Position numbers and translations under genes: made by a program. Source: Minisyncoccota bacterium (lineage in GTDB: Bacteria > Patescibacteriota > Minisyncoccia > Phycocordibacterales > UBA1006). Taken from it: a DNA stretch of 64,000 nt. The stretch spans positions 123,429 to 187,428 of the forward strand of contig DASWYC010000002.1 in NCBI GenBank assembly GCA_036405175.1. Reading direction: 5' to 3'. Of the stretch, positions 49,034 through 58,713 are shown piece after piece. Below the pieces are notes generated by a model. It saw only the letters and a program-made list of their open reading frames with translations, searched no databases and was not told the DNA's origin. How positions within the stretch are numbered: the stretch's first letter is position 1; the number at the start of each line of letters is the position of its first letter.

Positions 49034-49468
49034 CTATAACAATGTGAAATCTATAATTGCTGAGTCCTTGGTACTGCTTTTGATTTCAATCTCTACAAGT
49101 TTTTTCCATCTTTGAGCAATGTCTTGTATTTCTTCTTCGAAGACTTTAATGTTAGAAATACCGGTGAATTTCCTCAAATCATGGATGTTAAATTCAATAT
49201 AGAACCAATCCTCATGAGAAGGACTATTCATAAGACTCATAGTTTCTGAAATGAGATGCTCCAGCAATCCTTCTTCTTTTCCATTTTCTTGACCATTGGG
49301 ATCAGAATAGTGATAGTTTTTGACTTCAAACATCTTTTTCTGAGAATCAGTTAATTTCTCAAGAAGAATGTCTCTAAAGATTGCATTGAAAGTATTTTGT
49401 AGATCCCTCCATCTTTCGCCCATAACCCTTGGGCGAAACAGCTGAAGTTTGGTAAATTCTCGCTTCAT
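49034..49468 (-). CDS. Orphan hypothetical protein
   Basis: 144-aa ORF ending near a 30-nt inverted repeat at 48994-49023. Confidence 0.55.
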   Translation of the reverse strand: MKREFTKLQLFRPRVMGERWRDLQNTFNAIFRDILLEKLTDSQKKMFEVKNYHYSDPNGQENGKEEGLLEHLISETMSLMNSPSHEDWFYIEFNIHDLRKFTGISNIKVFEEEIQDIAQRWKKLVEIEIKSSTKDSAIIDFTLL

Positions 49469-49591
49469 TTCTGTAATTTTTTAGGTATATATCTGACTCT
49501 TATGTACCACACTGGCGTCCCTATGTCTAATGGAGGCGTTCGATCTGTTAAGGAGTTGCATAAAAACCCCAATAATGGTATAGTAATCGTC

Positions 49592-49840
49592 ATGAAAAAA
49601 GGCATTCACCCAGAATATCGCGATGTTGCTTTTAAGGACGTTACCAGCGGCGAGATCTTCGTTATTGGTGCATCAATCGCAACCGATAAGACCATTAATT
49701 ATAATGGTAAAGATCTTCCTTTGGTAGAGGTTGAAATCTCAAGCGTTTCTCACCCATTCTATACCGGAGATGTAAAGAACGTTGAAAATGCAGGACGTGC
49801 AGAAAAATTCCGCAGCCGTGCAGCTAAGGCATCAAAATAA
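49592..49840 (+). CDS. rpmE: 50S ribosomal protein bL31, type B (Zn-free)
   Basis: MKKGIHPEY, EISSVSHPFYTG, GRAEKF; no Cys. Confidence 0.95.
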   Translation: MKKGIHPEYRDVAFKDVTSGEIFVIGASIATDKTINYNGKDLPLVEVEISSVSHPFYTGDVKNVENAGRAEKFRSRAAKASK

Positions 49841-49900
49841 CGGTATAATAAAAACACTTCACCGAAGTGTTTTTATTGTTGAATTCCTATCCATAATTAT

Positions 49901-50881
49901 ATGAACAAAGACCAGCGCGACGAACTCCAAAAAGATCCACGATTTGCCTACACGATCAAAGAAATTGAGCGTCTTTATGGCATGATTGAAGAAAGCGAGC
50001 TCTTGCGTGATGATCCAGAATTGGGATCAATGGTGGATGCTGAAATTGCGAATATTCAAAAACAAATTGCAGATCTTGAACAATATATTTATGACATCCA
50101 AAAGCAGGATGAATTGGCTGAACAATTTCCATCAGAATTGATGCTTGAAATCCGTGCAGGTGCCGGAGGTGACGAAGCATCACTCTTCGCATTTGAATTG
50201 GCAGAAATGTATCAAAAATATGCGGAGCTTAAAGGCTGGCGTGCAAGCATTGTTGATGCATCAGAGAATGAGGTGGGCGGATACAAAGAAGTGACCATTG
50301 AAATGAAAGGGGAAGAGATTTTTAAATACATGCGTTATGAAACGGGTGTTCACCGTGTGCAGCGTATCCCAGCAACAGAAAAGCAGGGACGTATTCATAC
50401 TTCAACGGTCTCTGTTGTGATCATGCCGATCCGTAAAAAATTTACGGTAGAACTTAATCCTGGAGATCTTGAATTTGAAACATCACGTTCAGGTGGAGCA
50501 GGGGGACAAAATGTAAACAAAGTTGAAACAGCAGTGCGCGTAATTCATAAGCCAACCGGATTGTGGGTTCGTTCAACATCAGAACGCATGCAACTTAAGA
50601 ACAAAGAAAAGGCAATTGAAATTTTGCGTAACAAGTTGCAAGACATTGCGGACGAAGAAGCTGCAAAAAAAGATGCAAGTCTTCGTTCTGGACAGGTAGG
50701 GACTATGGATCGTTCAGAAAAAATTCGTACGTACAACTTCCCACAAGATCGTATTACCGATCACCGTATTAAGCAATCATGGAGTAATATCCCAAAGATT
50801 ATGCTCGGCTACATTGATCCTATTATTGAAGCGCTTCAGATTGGTGGCGAACAAGGATTCTCTCATGACGATTTTGAATAA
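49901..50881 (+). CDS. prfA: Peptide chain release factor 1
   Basis: [11 protein letters not shown] (PxT), [17 protein letters not shown]. Confidence 0.96.
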   Translation: MNKDQRDELQKDPRFAYTIKEIERLYGMIEESELLRDDPELGSMVDAEIANIQKQIADLEQYIYDIQKQDELAEQFPSELMLEIRAGAGGDEASLFAFELAEMYQKYAELKGWRASIVDASENEVGGYKEVTIEMKGEEIFKYMRYETGVHRVQRIPATEKQGRIHTSTVSVVIMPIRKKFTVELNPGDLEFETSRSGGAGGQNVNKVETAVRVIHKPTGLWVRSTSERMQLKNKEKAIEILRNKLQDIADEEAAKKDASLRSGQVGTMDRSEKIRTYNFPQDRITDHRIKQSWSNIPKIMLGYIDPIIEALQIGGEQGFSHDDFE

Positions 50882-50882
50882 T

Positions 50883-52673
50883 ATGAATTCCTCTCACATC
50901 AGAAACTTTAGTATTATTGCACACATTGATCACGGAAAGTCTACCTTGGCTGACCGCATGATTGAACTTACCCAAACCATTGAAAAACGCGTGATGAAGG
51001 ATCAGGTACTTGATTCTATGGAGCTTGAGCGTGAGCGTGGAATCACGATTAAAATGCAGCCGGTGCGTATGAACTATCGTCATAATGGTCAGGACTATGT
51101 TTTGAATTTAATTGATACTCCAGGACATATTGATTTTTCTTATGAGGTATCAAGAGCACTCCAAGCAGTTGAAGGAACACTGTTGTTGGTGGATTCAACA
51201 CAGGGAATGCAAGCACAAACATTGACGGTGCTTGATATGGCGTTGCAACTTGGGATTACTATTATTCCAGTTATTACAAAAATTGATTCACCGCTTGCGC
51301 GCATTACAGAAATTAAAAAAGAAATTTCAGATTATTTACTTATTGATGAATCAGAGATTTTGGAAGTTTCGGGAAAGACGGGAGCTGGGGTAGATCAACT
51401 CTTGGCAACAATTATTGAAAAGATTCCTGCACCAAAGATGGTGCCTCAGGATGCACCGGTGCAAGGACTCGTATTTGACTATGCATATTCCGGACACCGT
51501 GGAATTATTATCTATCTTCGTCTTATTGCGGGTTCAATCAAAAAAGGTGATGAGCTTACCCTTTTAGGAGCTAATGTTTCTTTTATTGCTAATGAAGTTG
51601 GGGTGTTTGCACCACAAGAAATGCCGGTGCCGGTATTAGAGGAGGGAATGATTGGCTATGTGGTAACAGGATTTAAAGAGGCAGGAGTAGCTTCTGTTGG
51701 AGATACGGTGACTAATAAACAACGTAAAGGAGAAATGCTTGCCGGATATGCTCAGCCCGTACCTATGGTGTTTGCATCGTTGTATCCAGAAGCTCAGGAT
51801 GATTTTCCTGCACTCACTACCGCACTTAAGCGTCTTTCACTTTCTGACTCTTCATTTACTTTTGAAGAAGAAACATCGGGTGTTCTTGGGCGTGGATATC
51901 GCTGTGGATTTTTGGGGATGCTTCACTTGGAAATTATTACCGAACGTTTGCGTCGCGAACACAATCTTGAACTTATCATTACGCAGCCCAGTGTGACGTA
52001 TAAAATTACCACCAAGAATGATGAGGTTTTAACGGTGTATTCACCAATTCAATTTCCAGATTATGGAAATATCAAGCAGGTTGAAGAGCCGTGGGTAATT
52101 ACCACGCTTATGTTCCCGAATGACTACATGAACAATGTCATGAAGCTTTTGCATGAACATGAAGGAGAAATCACCTCAACAGAAACATTGTTAGATGGGC
52201 GTGTAAAAATTATGGTAAATATGCCACTCAGAGAATTGATGCGTAATTTCTTTGATGAGCTTAAATCAGCGTCATCAGGATATGCTTCTATTTCATATAA
52301 AGAATCAGAATATCGTCATGCTGATGTAGTGCGTTTGGATATTTTGTTAGCAGATGAACCGGTAATTGCACTTACTAAAATTGTTGCACGCCGTCGTCTT
52401 GAAGAAGATGCAGAAAAGTTTGTTGAAAAGCTGGAAGATATTTTGCCGCGTCAGCAGATTGTGGTGAAGATTCAGGCAAAAGCAATTGGACGCATTGTTG
52501 CATCACGAACCCTTAAATCATTTAGAAAAGATGTTACGGGGTATTTGTATGGAGGAGATATTACGCGCAAAATGAAACTTCTTGAAAAACAAAAGAAGGG
52601 GAAGAAGAAAATGCAGCAGACCGGAAAAGTTAATTTGGATCATGATGTATTTATTAAAATTATGAAAAGCTAA
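50883..52673 (+). CDS. lepA: Elongation factor 4
   Basis: IRNFSIIAHIDHGKSTLADR, GFLGMLH, YGGDITRKMKLLEKQKKGK. Confidence 0.98.
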   Translation: MNSSHIRNFSIIAHIDHGKSTLADRMIELTQTIEKRVMKDQVLDSMELERERGITIKMQPVRMNYRHNGQDYVLNLIDTPGHIDFSYEVSRALQAVEGTLLLVDSTQGMQAQTLTVLDMALQLGITIIPVITKIDSPLARITEIKKEISDYLLIDESEILEVSGKTGAGVDQLLATIIEKIPAPKMVPQDAPVQGLVFDYAYSGHRGIIIYLRLIAGSIKKGDELTLLGANVSFIANEVGVFAPQEMPVPVLEEGMIGYVVTGFKEAGVASVGDTVTNKQRKGEMLAGYAQPVPMVFASLYPEAQDDFPALTTALKRLSLSDSSFTFEEETSGVLGRGYRCGFLGMLHLEIITERLRREHNLELIITQPSVTYKITTKNDEVLTVYSPIQFPDYGNIKQVEEPWVITTLMFPNDYMNNVMKLLHEHEGEITSTETLLDGRVKIMVNMPLRELMRNFFDELKSASSGYASISYKESEYRHADVVRLDILLADEPVIALTKIVARRRLEEDAEKFVEKLEDILPRQQIVVKIQAKAIGRIVASRTLKSFRKDVTGYLYGGDITRKMKLLEKQKKGKKKMQQTGKVNLDHDVFIKIMKS

Positions 52674-52732
52674 ATCCGCTCAAACGAGGGGATTTTTGCT
52701 AATAAAAAAGCTTATTCGTTTGAATAAGCCTG

Positions 52733-52831
52733 TGGTCACCCCTGTAGGACTCGAACCCACATAAACAGAGCCAAAATCTGGTACTCTCGGAATAATTCTA
52801 ATTGTATTCCCACCAATTGAGCTAAGGGGTA
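52733..52831 (-). tRNA. tRNA-Gln(UUG) with 24-nt D-loop insertion
   Basis: TACCCCT/AGGGGTG-A-CCA acceptor, GCTC/GAGT D-stem, CAGA-TT-TTG-GC-TCTG, GTGGG-TTCGAGT-CCTAC; 99 nt in total. Confidence 0.8.
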
Positions 52832-52869
52832 TTATGAGAAAATAAAAGCTAAACATTTGTTTAGCTTCG

Positions 52870-52943
52870 TGGACAGGAAGGGAATCGAACCCTCAACCGT
52901 ATCATTGCAAATGATATGCTCCAGCCAATTGAGCTACCCGCCC
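52870..52943 (-). tRNA. tRNA-Ala(UGC)
   Basis: G3-U70 pair, TATCA-TT-TGC-AA-TGATA, GGTTCGATTCC. Confidence 0.95.
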
Positions 52944-52956
52944 GTTCGTAAAAGGA

Positions 52957-53040
52957 AGCAATTTAAAGAGGGATCGGACCTCTCTGCTTAGACTGTGTAT
53001 ACTAGCCCAAGCATGACGCATTTTCGCGCCTCAAATTGCT
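52957..53040 (-). ncRNA. tRNA-like four-way junction element upstream of tRNA-Ala
   Basis: Closing stem AGCAATTTGA/TTAAATTGCT; arms GGCGC/GCGTC, TGCTTGGGCT/AGTCTAAGCA and AGAGG-TCCGATC-CCTCT; all four non-WC pairs are G-U on the minus strand. Confidence 0.55.
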
Positions 53041-53075
53041 CTATATTGTGTTGATAAAGTAGAATTTAGGTATTC

Positions 53076-53103
53076 AATATAACCTTTCTTCAAATAAAGT
53101 CAA
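53076..53103 (-). promoter_or_regulatory. Sigma70-type promoter of the tRNA operon
   Basis: TTGACT-N16-TATATT on the minus strand. Confidence 0.55.
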
Positions 53104-53263
53104 GTGTTGAGTCTAAAATCCCAAAATACCAGTATAGGTTGCAATGAGAGAAATAATAATGAGTACTGCAATGATTCCAAAAGCAATACTAATTTTTTTC
53201 TTGTGTTTTGGGTGGAAAATAGAGCTCATAAATGTAGTACAATTGTACTATAAACCCTCGCGT

Positions 53264-53665
53264 ATGCAAAGCTATTCAACAGGTCTTCCTCAGCGTAAGC
53301 GCCTTAAAACCTATAATAAAAAAAAGATCTTTATAAGCTTTTTAATTACGTTGGTGGCGCTTATTGTAGTCATTCACTTTGGTATTAAGATGCGTCGCGC
53401 ATACCTCTTTTCAAAAGAAATTCAAGCAAAGAAAAATCTTACCCTAGAAGAACTTGAAACCAAAAGCAAGCAATTAGAAGATCAGCTGCAACTCTATGAA
53501 TCACCAGTAGGTCAAGAGCGCTTGTTGCGTGAACGCTATAGTATGGTCAAAGATGGTGAGCATGAAATTATTATTGAAGAAGGTCAAAAGAAATCTGATG
53601 ATAATAACAAAAAAGACGCTGGTGGATTATGGCAGCGCTTCGTACGTCTTTTTAAGAAAGACTAA
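53264..53665 (+). CDS. Septum formation initiator (FtsB/DivIC-like)
   Basis: Basic N-terminus, one TM, coiled coil, ERLLRERYSMVKDGE. Confidence 0.75.
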   Translation: MQSYSTGLPQRKRLKTYNKKKIFISFLITLVALIVVIHFGIKMRRAYLFSKEIQAKKNLTLEELETKSKQLEDQLQLYESPVGQERLLRERYSMVKDGEHEIIIEEGQKKSDDNNKKDAGGLWQRFVRLFKKD

Positions 53666-54351
53666 TCGGTGTCAGCATCTTTTTCTGGTAATGCAACAGG
53701 AGATTTGCTATAGAGTTCAAGATAATTATTAGCAGTAATAAATGAGCTCACCGTAAGAAGTGGCAAAAGAATAATCAAGAAAATCAGTGAACTTGAGAAG
53801 TTGCTAATAATTCCTGATGTTGAAACAAACAAGAAAATAGTAATTGCAAAGAGGCCAAAAAATCCAAGATGATGACGAGTAAGTTTTGACGTTTGATAGA
53901 AAGAATTTTTATAAGCTTCTTTAAGGTTGGCATTACCAAGCACGGTTTGAGGAATCACAAACATTGAGCGGATCACAAATAGAATTCCAGGGATAATAAC
54001 AAGGATAAATGTTACCATTGAGCCAAGAATGAGACTTCCTGTTGGTTTGATAATTTTCTTTGCAAGGTCTTTACTTTGTTTTTTAAGGGTAAGCCAATAC
54101 TGTTTGGTGAGCGGATTGGTAGTATTTTTATCAAGCATGATAAGCCCGGTGCTTCCAATAAATACCAGACTGTATACATAAATGATTGAGGTAAAGATAC
54201 TCACAAATACTGAAATTGATCCAATCGCGGTAAGGATTTGGTCGCTGATAAGGGCAATAATGATAAGAATTCCAAAGAATCCAAGCTGATATTTTTTATG
54301 ATGAAACTTCTGCTTGAGCGCAGGAAACGGAGAATGAGAAAGACGAAGCAT
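53662..54351 (-). CDS. Multi-pass membrane protein
   Basis: About 5-6 TMs, LVIIPGI motif. Confidence 0.6.
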   Translation of the reverse strand: MLRLSHSPFPALKQKFHHKKYQLGFFGILIIIALISDQILTAIGSISVFVSIFTSIIYVYSLVFIGSTGLIMLDKNTTNPLTKQYWLTLKKQSKDLAKKIIKPTGSLILGSMVTFILVIIPGILFVIRSMFVIPQTVLGNANLKEAYKNSFYQTSKLTRHHLGFFGLFAITIFLFVSTSGIISNFSSSLIFLIILLPLLTVSSFITANNYLELYSKSPVALPEKDADTD

Positions 54352-54435
54352 GGTCTTATCCTACCATATTTGACTGATAATAAAAAGCAGGGGATATTTG
54401 AAAAAGGCTGATTTTATGATACTATTAACGGTATT

Positions 54436-54509
54436 GCCGAAGTAGCTCAGTTGGTTAGAGCGCTCGCCTGAAGAGCGATAGGTCGGCGGTTCGAGTCCGC
54501 CTTTCGGCA
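54436..54509 (+). tRNA. tRNA-Phe(GAA)
   Basis: GCCGAAG/TTTCGGC, TCGC-CT-GAA-GA-GCGA, GGTTCGAGTCC. Confidence 0.95.
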
Positions 54510-54623
54510 CACCAAAACTTCAAAAATTAAAACACGCCCAATTAAGTGCGTGTTTTAATTTTATTTAAAATACCTTAATCCGAAGACTAAGGTATTGAGA
54601 TTAACAAGTGACAACATTAAGAG

Positions 54624-54968
54624 CTAAGTTAAACCGAGAAGTGCACGATCTTCAGGGCTAAGTTTTGCAAGTGCTTTTTCTTTGGCAGCAAGAGCCTCAT
54701 CTTCATCGTTGAAAAGTTTAACGGACCGAACATCTTTAAATAGATAACACGTAGTGCCATCTGTTAATACGAGGACCTGATTTGTTTTAATGTAGTTTGA
54801 ATCCGACTGGTTGCCTGCAAAAGCTGCTGCAACAGTTGGATTTTTAAAAACACCGATCGTTTGAGTAGCCATTCCTTCCTCGTTTGTGCGATATACTTCG
54901 GTCATCTGAGTAATTTTAAAATTCTCGAGATTTTGATCGACCAGAGCAGATAAATCAGTACTTTGCAT
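54624..54968 (-). CDS. Hypothetical protein
   Basis: 114-aa ORF ending AKEKALAKLSPEDRALLGL. Confidence 0.65.
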   Translation of the reverse strand: MQSTDLSALVDQNLENFKITQMTEVYRTNEEGMATQTIGVFKNPTVAAAFAGNQSDSNYIKTNQVLVLTDGTTCYLFKDVRSVKLFNDEDEALAAKEKALAKLSPEDRALLGLT

Positions 54969-55057
54969 TTTTCTGGAATTGTTTAGCGTGATAAGATAAT
55001 TTCCATCAAATTACCATAAAAGTATTGGCGAGTCAAAAGAGGCCCTTAAGGCCTCTT

Positions 55058-55579
55058 TTATTGTACTCTCACTCTATTTGATCGCTCTTTATCAACCTTA
55101 GGCATCTTTACGGTAAGAAGTCCGTATTCTTCTCGTGCCTCGGTGTTATCAATATCAACTTCGTCGGGGAGTTCAATAATTCGTTCAAATTCACCCCACA
55201 TAAGTTCACTCAAATGGCGAGTTTCGCGATAACTATTAGTAGTTGGCTCTTGGCGATTCACGCTAATGGTAATTGCACTGCGAGATAAGGCAATTTGTAC
55301 ATCATTCTTGCGAGCTCCAGAGGTAAACGCGGTAATAAAAATAGCATCATGGGTTTCAAAGAGATCAATAGGGAGGATTTGAGGAGCGGGTTCTTCAATA
55401 ACTTCTTGAATAGGAACTTTTTTAGCATCAGCAATACTTAAATCACGCAATGATGAAACACCATCCTCGCTGTCATCTTCAATTTCTTCCTCAATGTATT
55501 CTTCTTCATACTCAACGTATGAATTTCCAAAATTGAACAAGTCTTTTAGTTTTTGCCAGAATGATTGCTTTTCGTACAT
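55058..55579 (-). CDS. Hsp20/alpha-crystallin family protein
   Basis: PIDLFET, EL.WGEFERIIELP..VD, YGLLTVKMPK; acidic N-terminus. Confidence 0.88.
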   Translation of the reverse strand: MYEKQSFWQKLKDLFNFGNSYVEYEEEYIEEEIEDDSEDGVSSLRDLSIADAKKVPIQEVIEEPAPQILPIDLFETHDAIFITAFTSGARKNDVQIALSRSAITISVNRQEPTTNSYRETRHLSELMWGEFERIIELPDEVDIDNTEAREEYGLLTVKMPKVDKERSNRVRVQ

Positions 55580-55581
55580 AG

Positions 55582-56310
55582 TTACTTAGTTGATGCTTTC
55601 TTACGTGAGGCTCGCTGTGAAACCTTCTTACTTCCTAATTGTAACACCCCGTGAATGAGAAAATATACCATTATGAACAGTATCCACGAAATCGCCACAA
55701 CAGTATACGTAGAAAGGCTTGATGGGCTGGTTACTAAGACGGTAATTACGGTGCTTATGGCTGCGCCACCAATCCATCCTAGTGCGTGTAACAAATGTTC
55801 ATGATGAGGATTTTTCGCAAATGACGCATGTGCAAAGAGTGAACCAAAAACCGTTCCAGCAAGAACAAAGATGAGCGACGAAACCACCGGAGAAATTGAG
55901 CCTACATATAATGGAAGGGCATTGAGAAGTGATGATCCCGGCATGAGGTTTGAAAACGTATGAGTCATTAGGGAAAGTCCAAGTAATGCCGTGGTGTAAT
56001 ACACAATATAGTCATATGGTTCATCCAAAGTTTGCAGACTGGTTTGAGTAAGTTCGATGAGTAAGAACATCACAAAGAAGATAAGGAGGGTATAAAAGAA
56101 TAATTCAGTTGCAGGTGATCCAAATACTGGATGAATGTGAGAGGTAATAGCATCAATCACAAAGTATGATGTCATCCCTCCAATAAACGTAACAAGTAGC
56201 GCGCTTTTTGGTTCACGATGACGATCTTGTGATAAAAATATTGCAAGCCATACAATTGTTGGAATGATGATTTCACTGAGCGAGCGGAACATGTCCGAAA
56301 ACGGTGTCAT
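55582..56310 (-). CDS. Degenerate PrsW-like membrane protein
   Basis: DRHREPK..L..TF.GG and LDEPYD.IVY...LG patterns; catalytic EExxK not seen. Confidence 0.55.
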   Translation of the reverse strand: MTPFSDMFRSLSEIIIPTIVWLAIFLSQDRHREPKSALLVTFIGGMTSYFVIDAITSHIHPVFGSPATELFFYTLLIFFVMFLLIELTQTSLQTLDEPYDYIVYYTTALLGLSLMTHTFSNLMPGSSLLNALPLYVGSISPVVSSLIFVLAGTVFGSLFAHASFAKNPHHEHLLHALGWIGGAAISTVITVLVTSPSSLSTYTVVAISWILFIMVYFLIHGVLQLGSKKVSQRASRKKASTK

Positions 56311-56422
56311 ATATGTATGATACCCCAACTAATATGAAGTTTGATGAATTTATACACACGCAGCTCGTATATAACATACAAAGTTGTTAAAAAATCGCTT
56401 CATTCATGAAGCGATTTTTTTA

Positions 56423-58627
56423 TTACTTATTCCATTGAGTAATTGCTAAGAATCGAGGAAGATCATCGTTGAGTGTGCGAACATCTTTCCAAATCTTTTC
56501 AGTAATGAATGGCATAAATACATGATTCATGGTAAGGAGATTTTTAAATAAGTATGAAAGGGTATGAGAAGCAGTTTCATAATCCGCATGCTCAGTATCT
56601 GCAAGCACTGTTTTAAGCTCTTCAATAATCTTATCTGCAAAGGTGTGCCAGGTATAATGATACGCTTCTTCTGCAGCAAGATAGATTTTGTGATTCTCAA
56701 TATTTTTTCCAATAGTGTTCATCATCTCCTGTTGCTCGGCAACATAACTGCCCCAGGGTGAAGTAGAAATCACCTCCATATCGGGCTTTTGATAATATGA
56801 CAAACAGAAACGGGCAATGTTCCAGAGTTTGTTGGTGTATTTCTTGTACGCACCAACTTTATCGGTTCCAAGATTAAGATTGCTTCCTGGTGGATTTCCA
56901 ACGGTGAGTGCCATACGGAGTGCATCAATTCCATGAGTTTTACGAATTTCAAGCGGATCAATACCATTGCCGAGTGATTTAGAAATCTTACGTCCTTTTT
57001 CGTCGTATACCGTTCCATGGAAATACACGGTTTTAAACGGAATCTGCCCAATCAAAGTAGTACTCATTAAAATCATACGCGCAACCCAGAAGAAAAGAAT
57101 ATCCGGACCAGTTTCAAGCATACTGGTTGGGTGATAAATTTTAAGATCATCGGTTGTGTTAGGCCATCCCAATGTTGAGAACGTCCAGAGTGCAGAAGAG
57201 AACCATGTATCAAGGGTATCTGGATCTTGTGACCACTCAGTATCAGAAGCATCAGGAGATACAAGTGAAATTTCGGTACCTTTTACTGGATGAGTCCATA
57301 CTGGAATACGGTGTCCGTAAATGATCTGACGAGAAATACACCAGTCGTGCAAGTTATTGATCCAGCTAAAATACACCGCCTCATAACGCTCAGGAACCAT
57401 AGCGATAGATTTATTATTCACCACGTGCTGCATCATACCTTTAAGCGTCACCTTGTCGCCAGAATTAATGCCATCAATTTCACTGTGCTCAAGCACAAAC
57501 TCTTTTTCAACCGCAACAAACCATTGCTTCATGATCTGTGGCTCAACCATTCCTTCAGTACGTTCAGCAGTTGCAACATTGTGAGTATAATCTTTTTCTG
57601 ACACTACTAAATTCTTTTCTTTAAGTTTTTCAATAATCTTTGCACGAGCCTCACTAATTTTCATGCCGGCAAAGTCGCCAGCAACTGGCAACAACTTTCC
57701 ATACGTATCAATAATTTGTTCTTTCTCAAGATTGTGGCGATTAGCAATTTCAAAATCTACCTTTGAGTGCCATGGGGTAATAGTCATTGCTCCGGTTCCA
57801 AATTCCATATCAATAGAGTCGTCTTTAATAACGGTTGCCGTAATAGGTCCGTTGATCCATTCACATTCAAACGTATCACCGTGATTAAACTGCGCATAAC
57901 GGGCATCATCAGGGTGTACCACAACATATTTATCGCCAAATTTAGTTTCTGGACGCACGGTTCCAATCACAAACGGACCATATTGAAGCTCATAAAACTT
58001 TGAGGTTTCTTCTTTATAAATAATCTCATCATCAGAAATTACCGTCTGACCTTTTGGATCCCAGTTCACAATGCGTTCTCCTTGGTAAATAAGTCCAAGA
58101 TTGTATAAACGTTTGAATGCTTCAACAACGGCTTCTTGGCGTGCTTCATCCAAGGTAAATGCTTCACGAGACCAATCCAAGCTTGATCCCATAGCACGGA
58201 GCTGTGATTGAATAGTTGATTTTGATTCCATTGCATATTCTTGAATCTTTGCAAACAATTCCTCGCGGGGAAGTTGGCGAGGTTTAATCCCTTTTTTTTC
58301 AAGCTCTTTTTCAACTTTTGATTGTGTTGCAATCGCGGCATGGTCCGCCCCCGGAATCCAGAGGGTTCGGTAGCCATTCATGCGATGAAAACGAGTAAAG
58401 ACATCCTCAACAGTACACATAATGGCGTGACCAGTATGAAGAATTCCGGTTACGTTTGGTGGTGGAAGTACCATAGAAAATACGGGTGCATTTTCTTCCG
58501 TAACACCATCTTTAATGTTTTGCTCAGGATTAAAAATTTGTGCAGCTTCCCACTCAGGATAGAGGACGACTTCATGCTCAACTGCATTATAGCCGCTCAA
58601 ATATTCTTGGGGTGGTTGCTGTTTCAT
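56423..58627 (-). CDS. valS: Valine--tRNA ligase (short form)
   Basis: PPPNVTGILHTGH, DHAAIATQ, DWCISRQI, DTLDTWFSS, KISKS. Confidence 0.96.
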   Translation of the reverse strand: MKQQPPQEYLSGYNAVEHEVVLYPEWEAAQIFNPEQNIKDGVTEENAPVFSMVLPPPNVTGILHTGHAIMCTVEDVFTRFHRMNGYRTLWIPGADHAAIATQSKVEKELEKKGIKPRQLPREELFAKIQEYAMESKSTIQSQLRAMGSSLDWSREAFTLDEARQEAVVEAFKRLYNLGLIYQGERIVNWDPKGQTVISDDEIIYKEETSKFYELQYGPFVIGTVRPETKFGDKYVVVHPDDARYAQFNHGDTFECEWINGPITATVIKDDSIDMEFGTGAMTITPWHSKVDFEIANRHNLEKEQIIDTYGKLLPVAGDFAGMKISEARAKIIEKLKEKNLVVSEKDYTHNVATAERTEGMVEPQIMKQWFVAVEKEFVLEHSEIDGINSGDKVTLKGMMQHVVNNKSIAMVPERYEAVYFSWINNLHDWCISRQIIYGHRIPVWTHPVKGTEISLVSPDASDTEWSQDPDTLDTWFSSALWTFSTLGWPNTTDDLKIYHPTSMLETGPDILFFWVARMILMSTTLIGQIPFKTVYFHGTVYDEKGRKISKSLGNGIDPLEIRKTHGIDALRMALTVGNPPGSNLNLGTDKVGAYKKYTNKLWNIARFCLSYYQKPDMEVISTSPWGSYVAEQQEMMNTIGKNIENHKIYLAAEEAYHYTWHTFADKIIEELKTVLADTEHADYETASHTLSYLFKNLLTMNHVFMPFITEKIWKDVRTLNDDLPRFLAITQWNK

Positions 58628-58713
58628 ATCTTGTCATAATACAAGAAAAATGGCGGTTTTTCAATAAATAAAAGAGGTGTTCGAGAATTAATTCTCGAAC
58701 ACCTCTTGGGACA

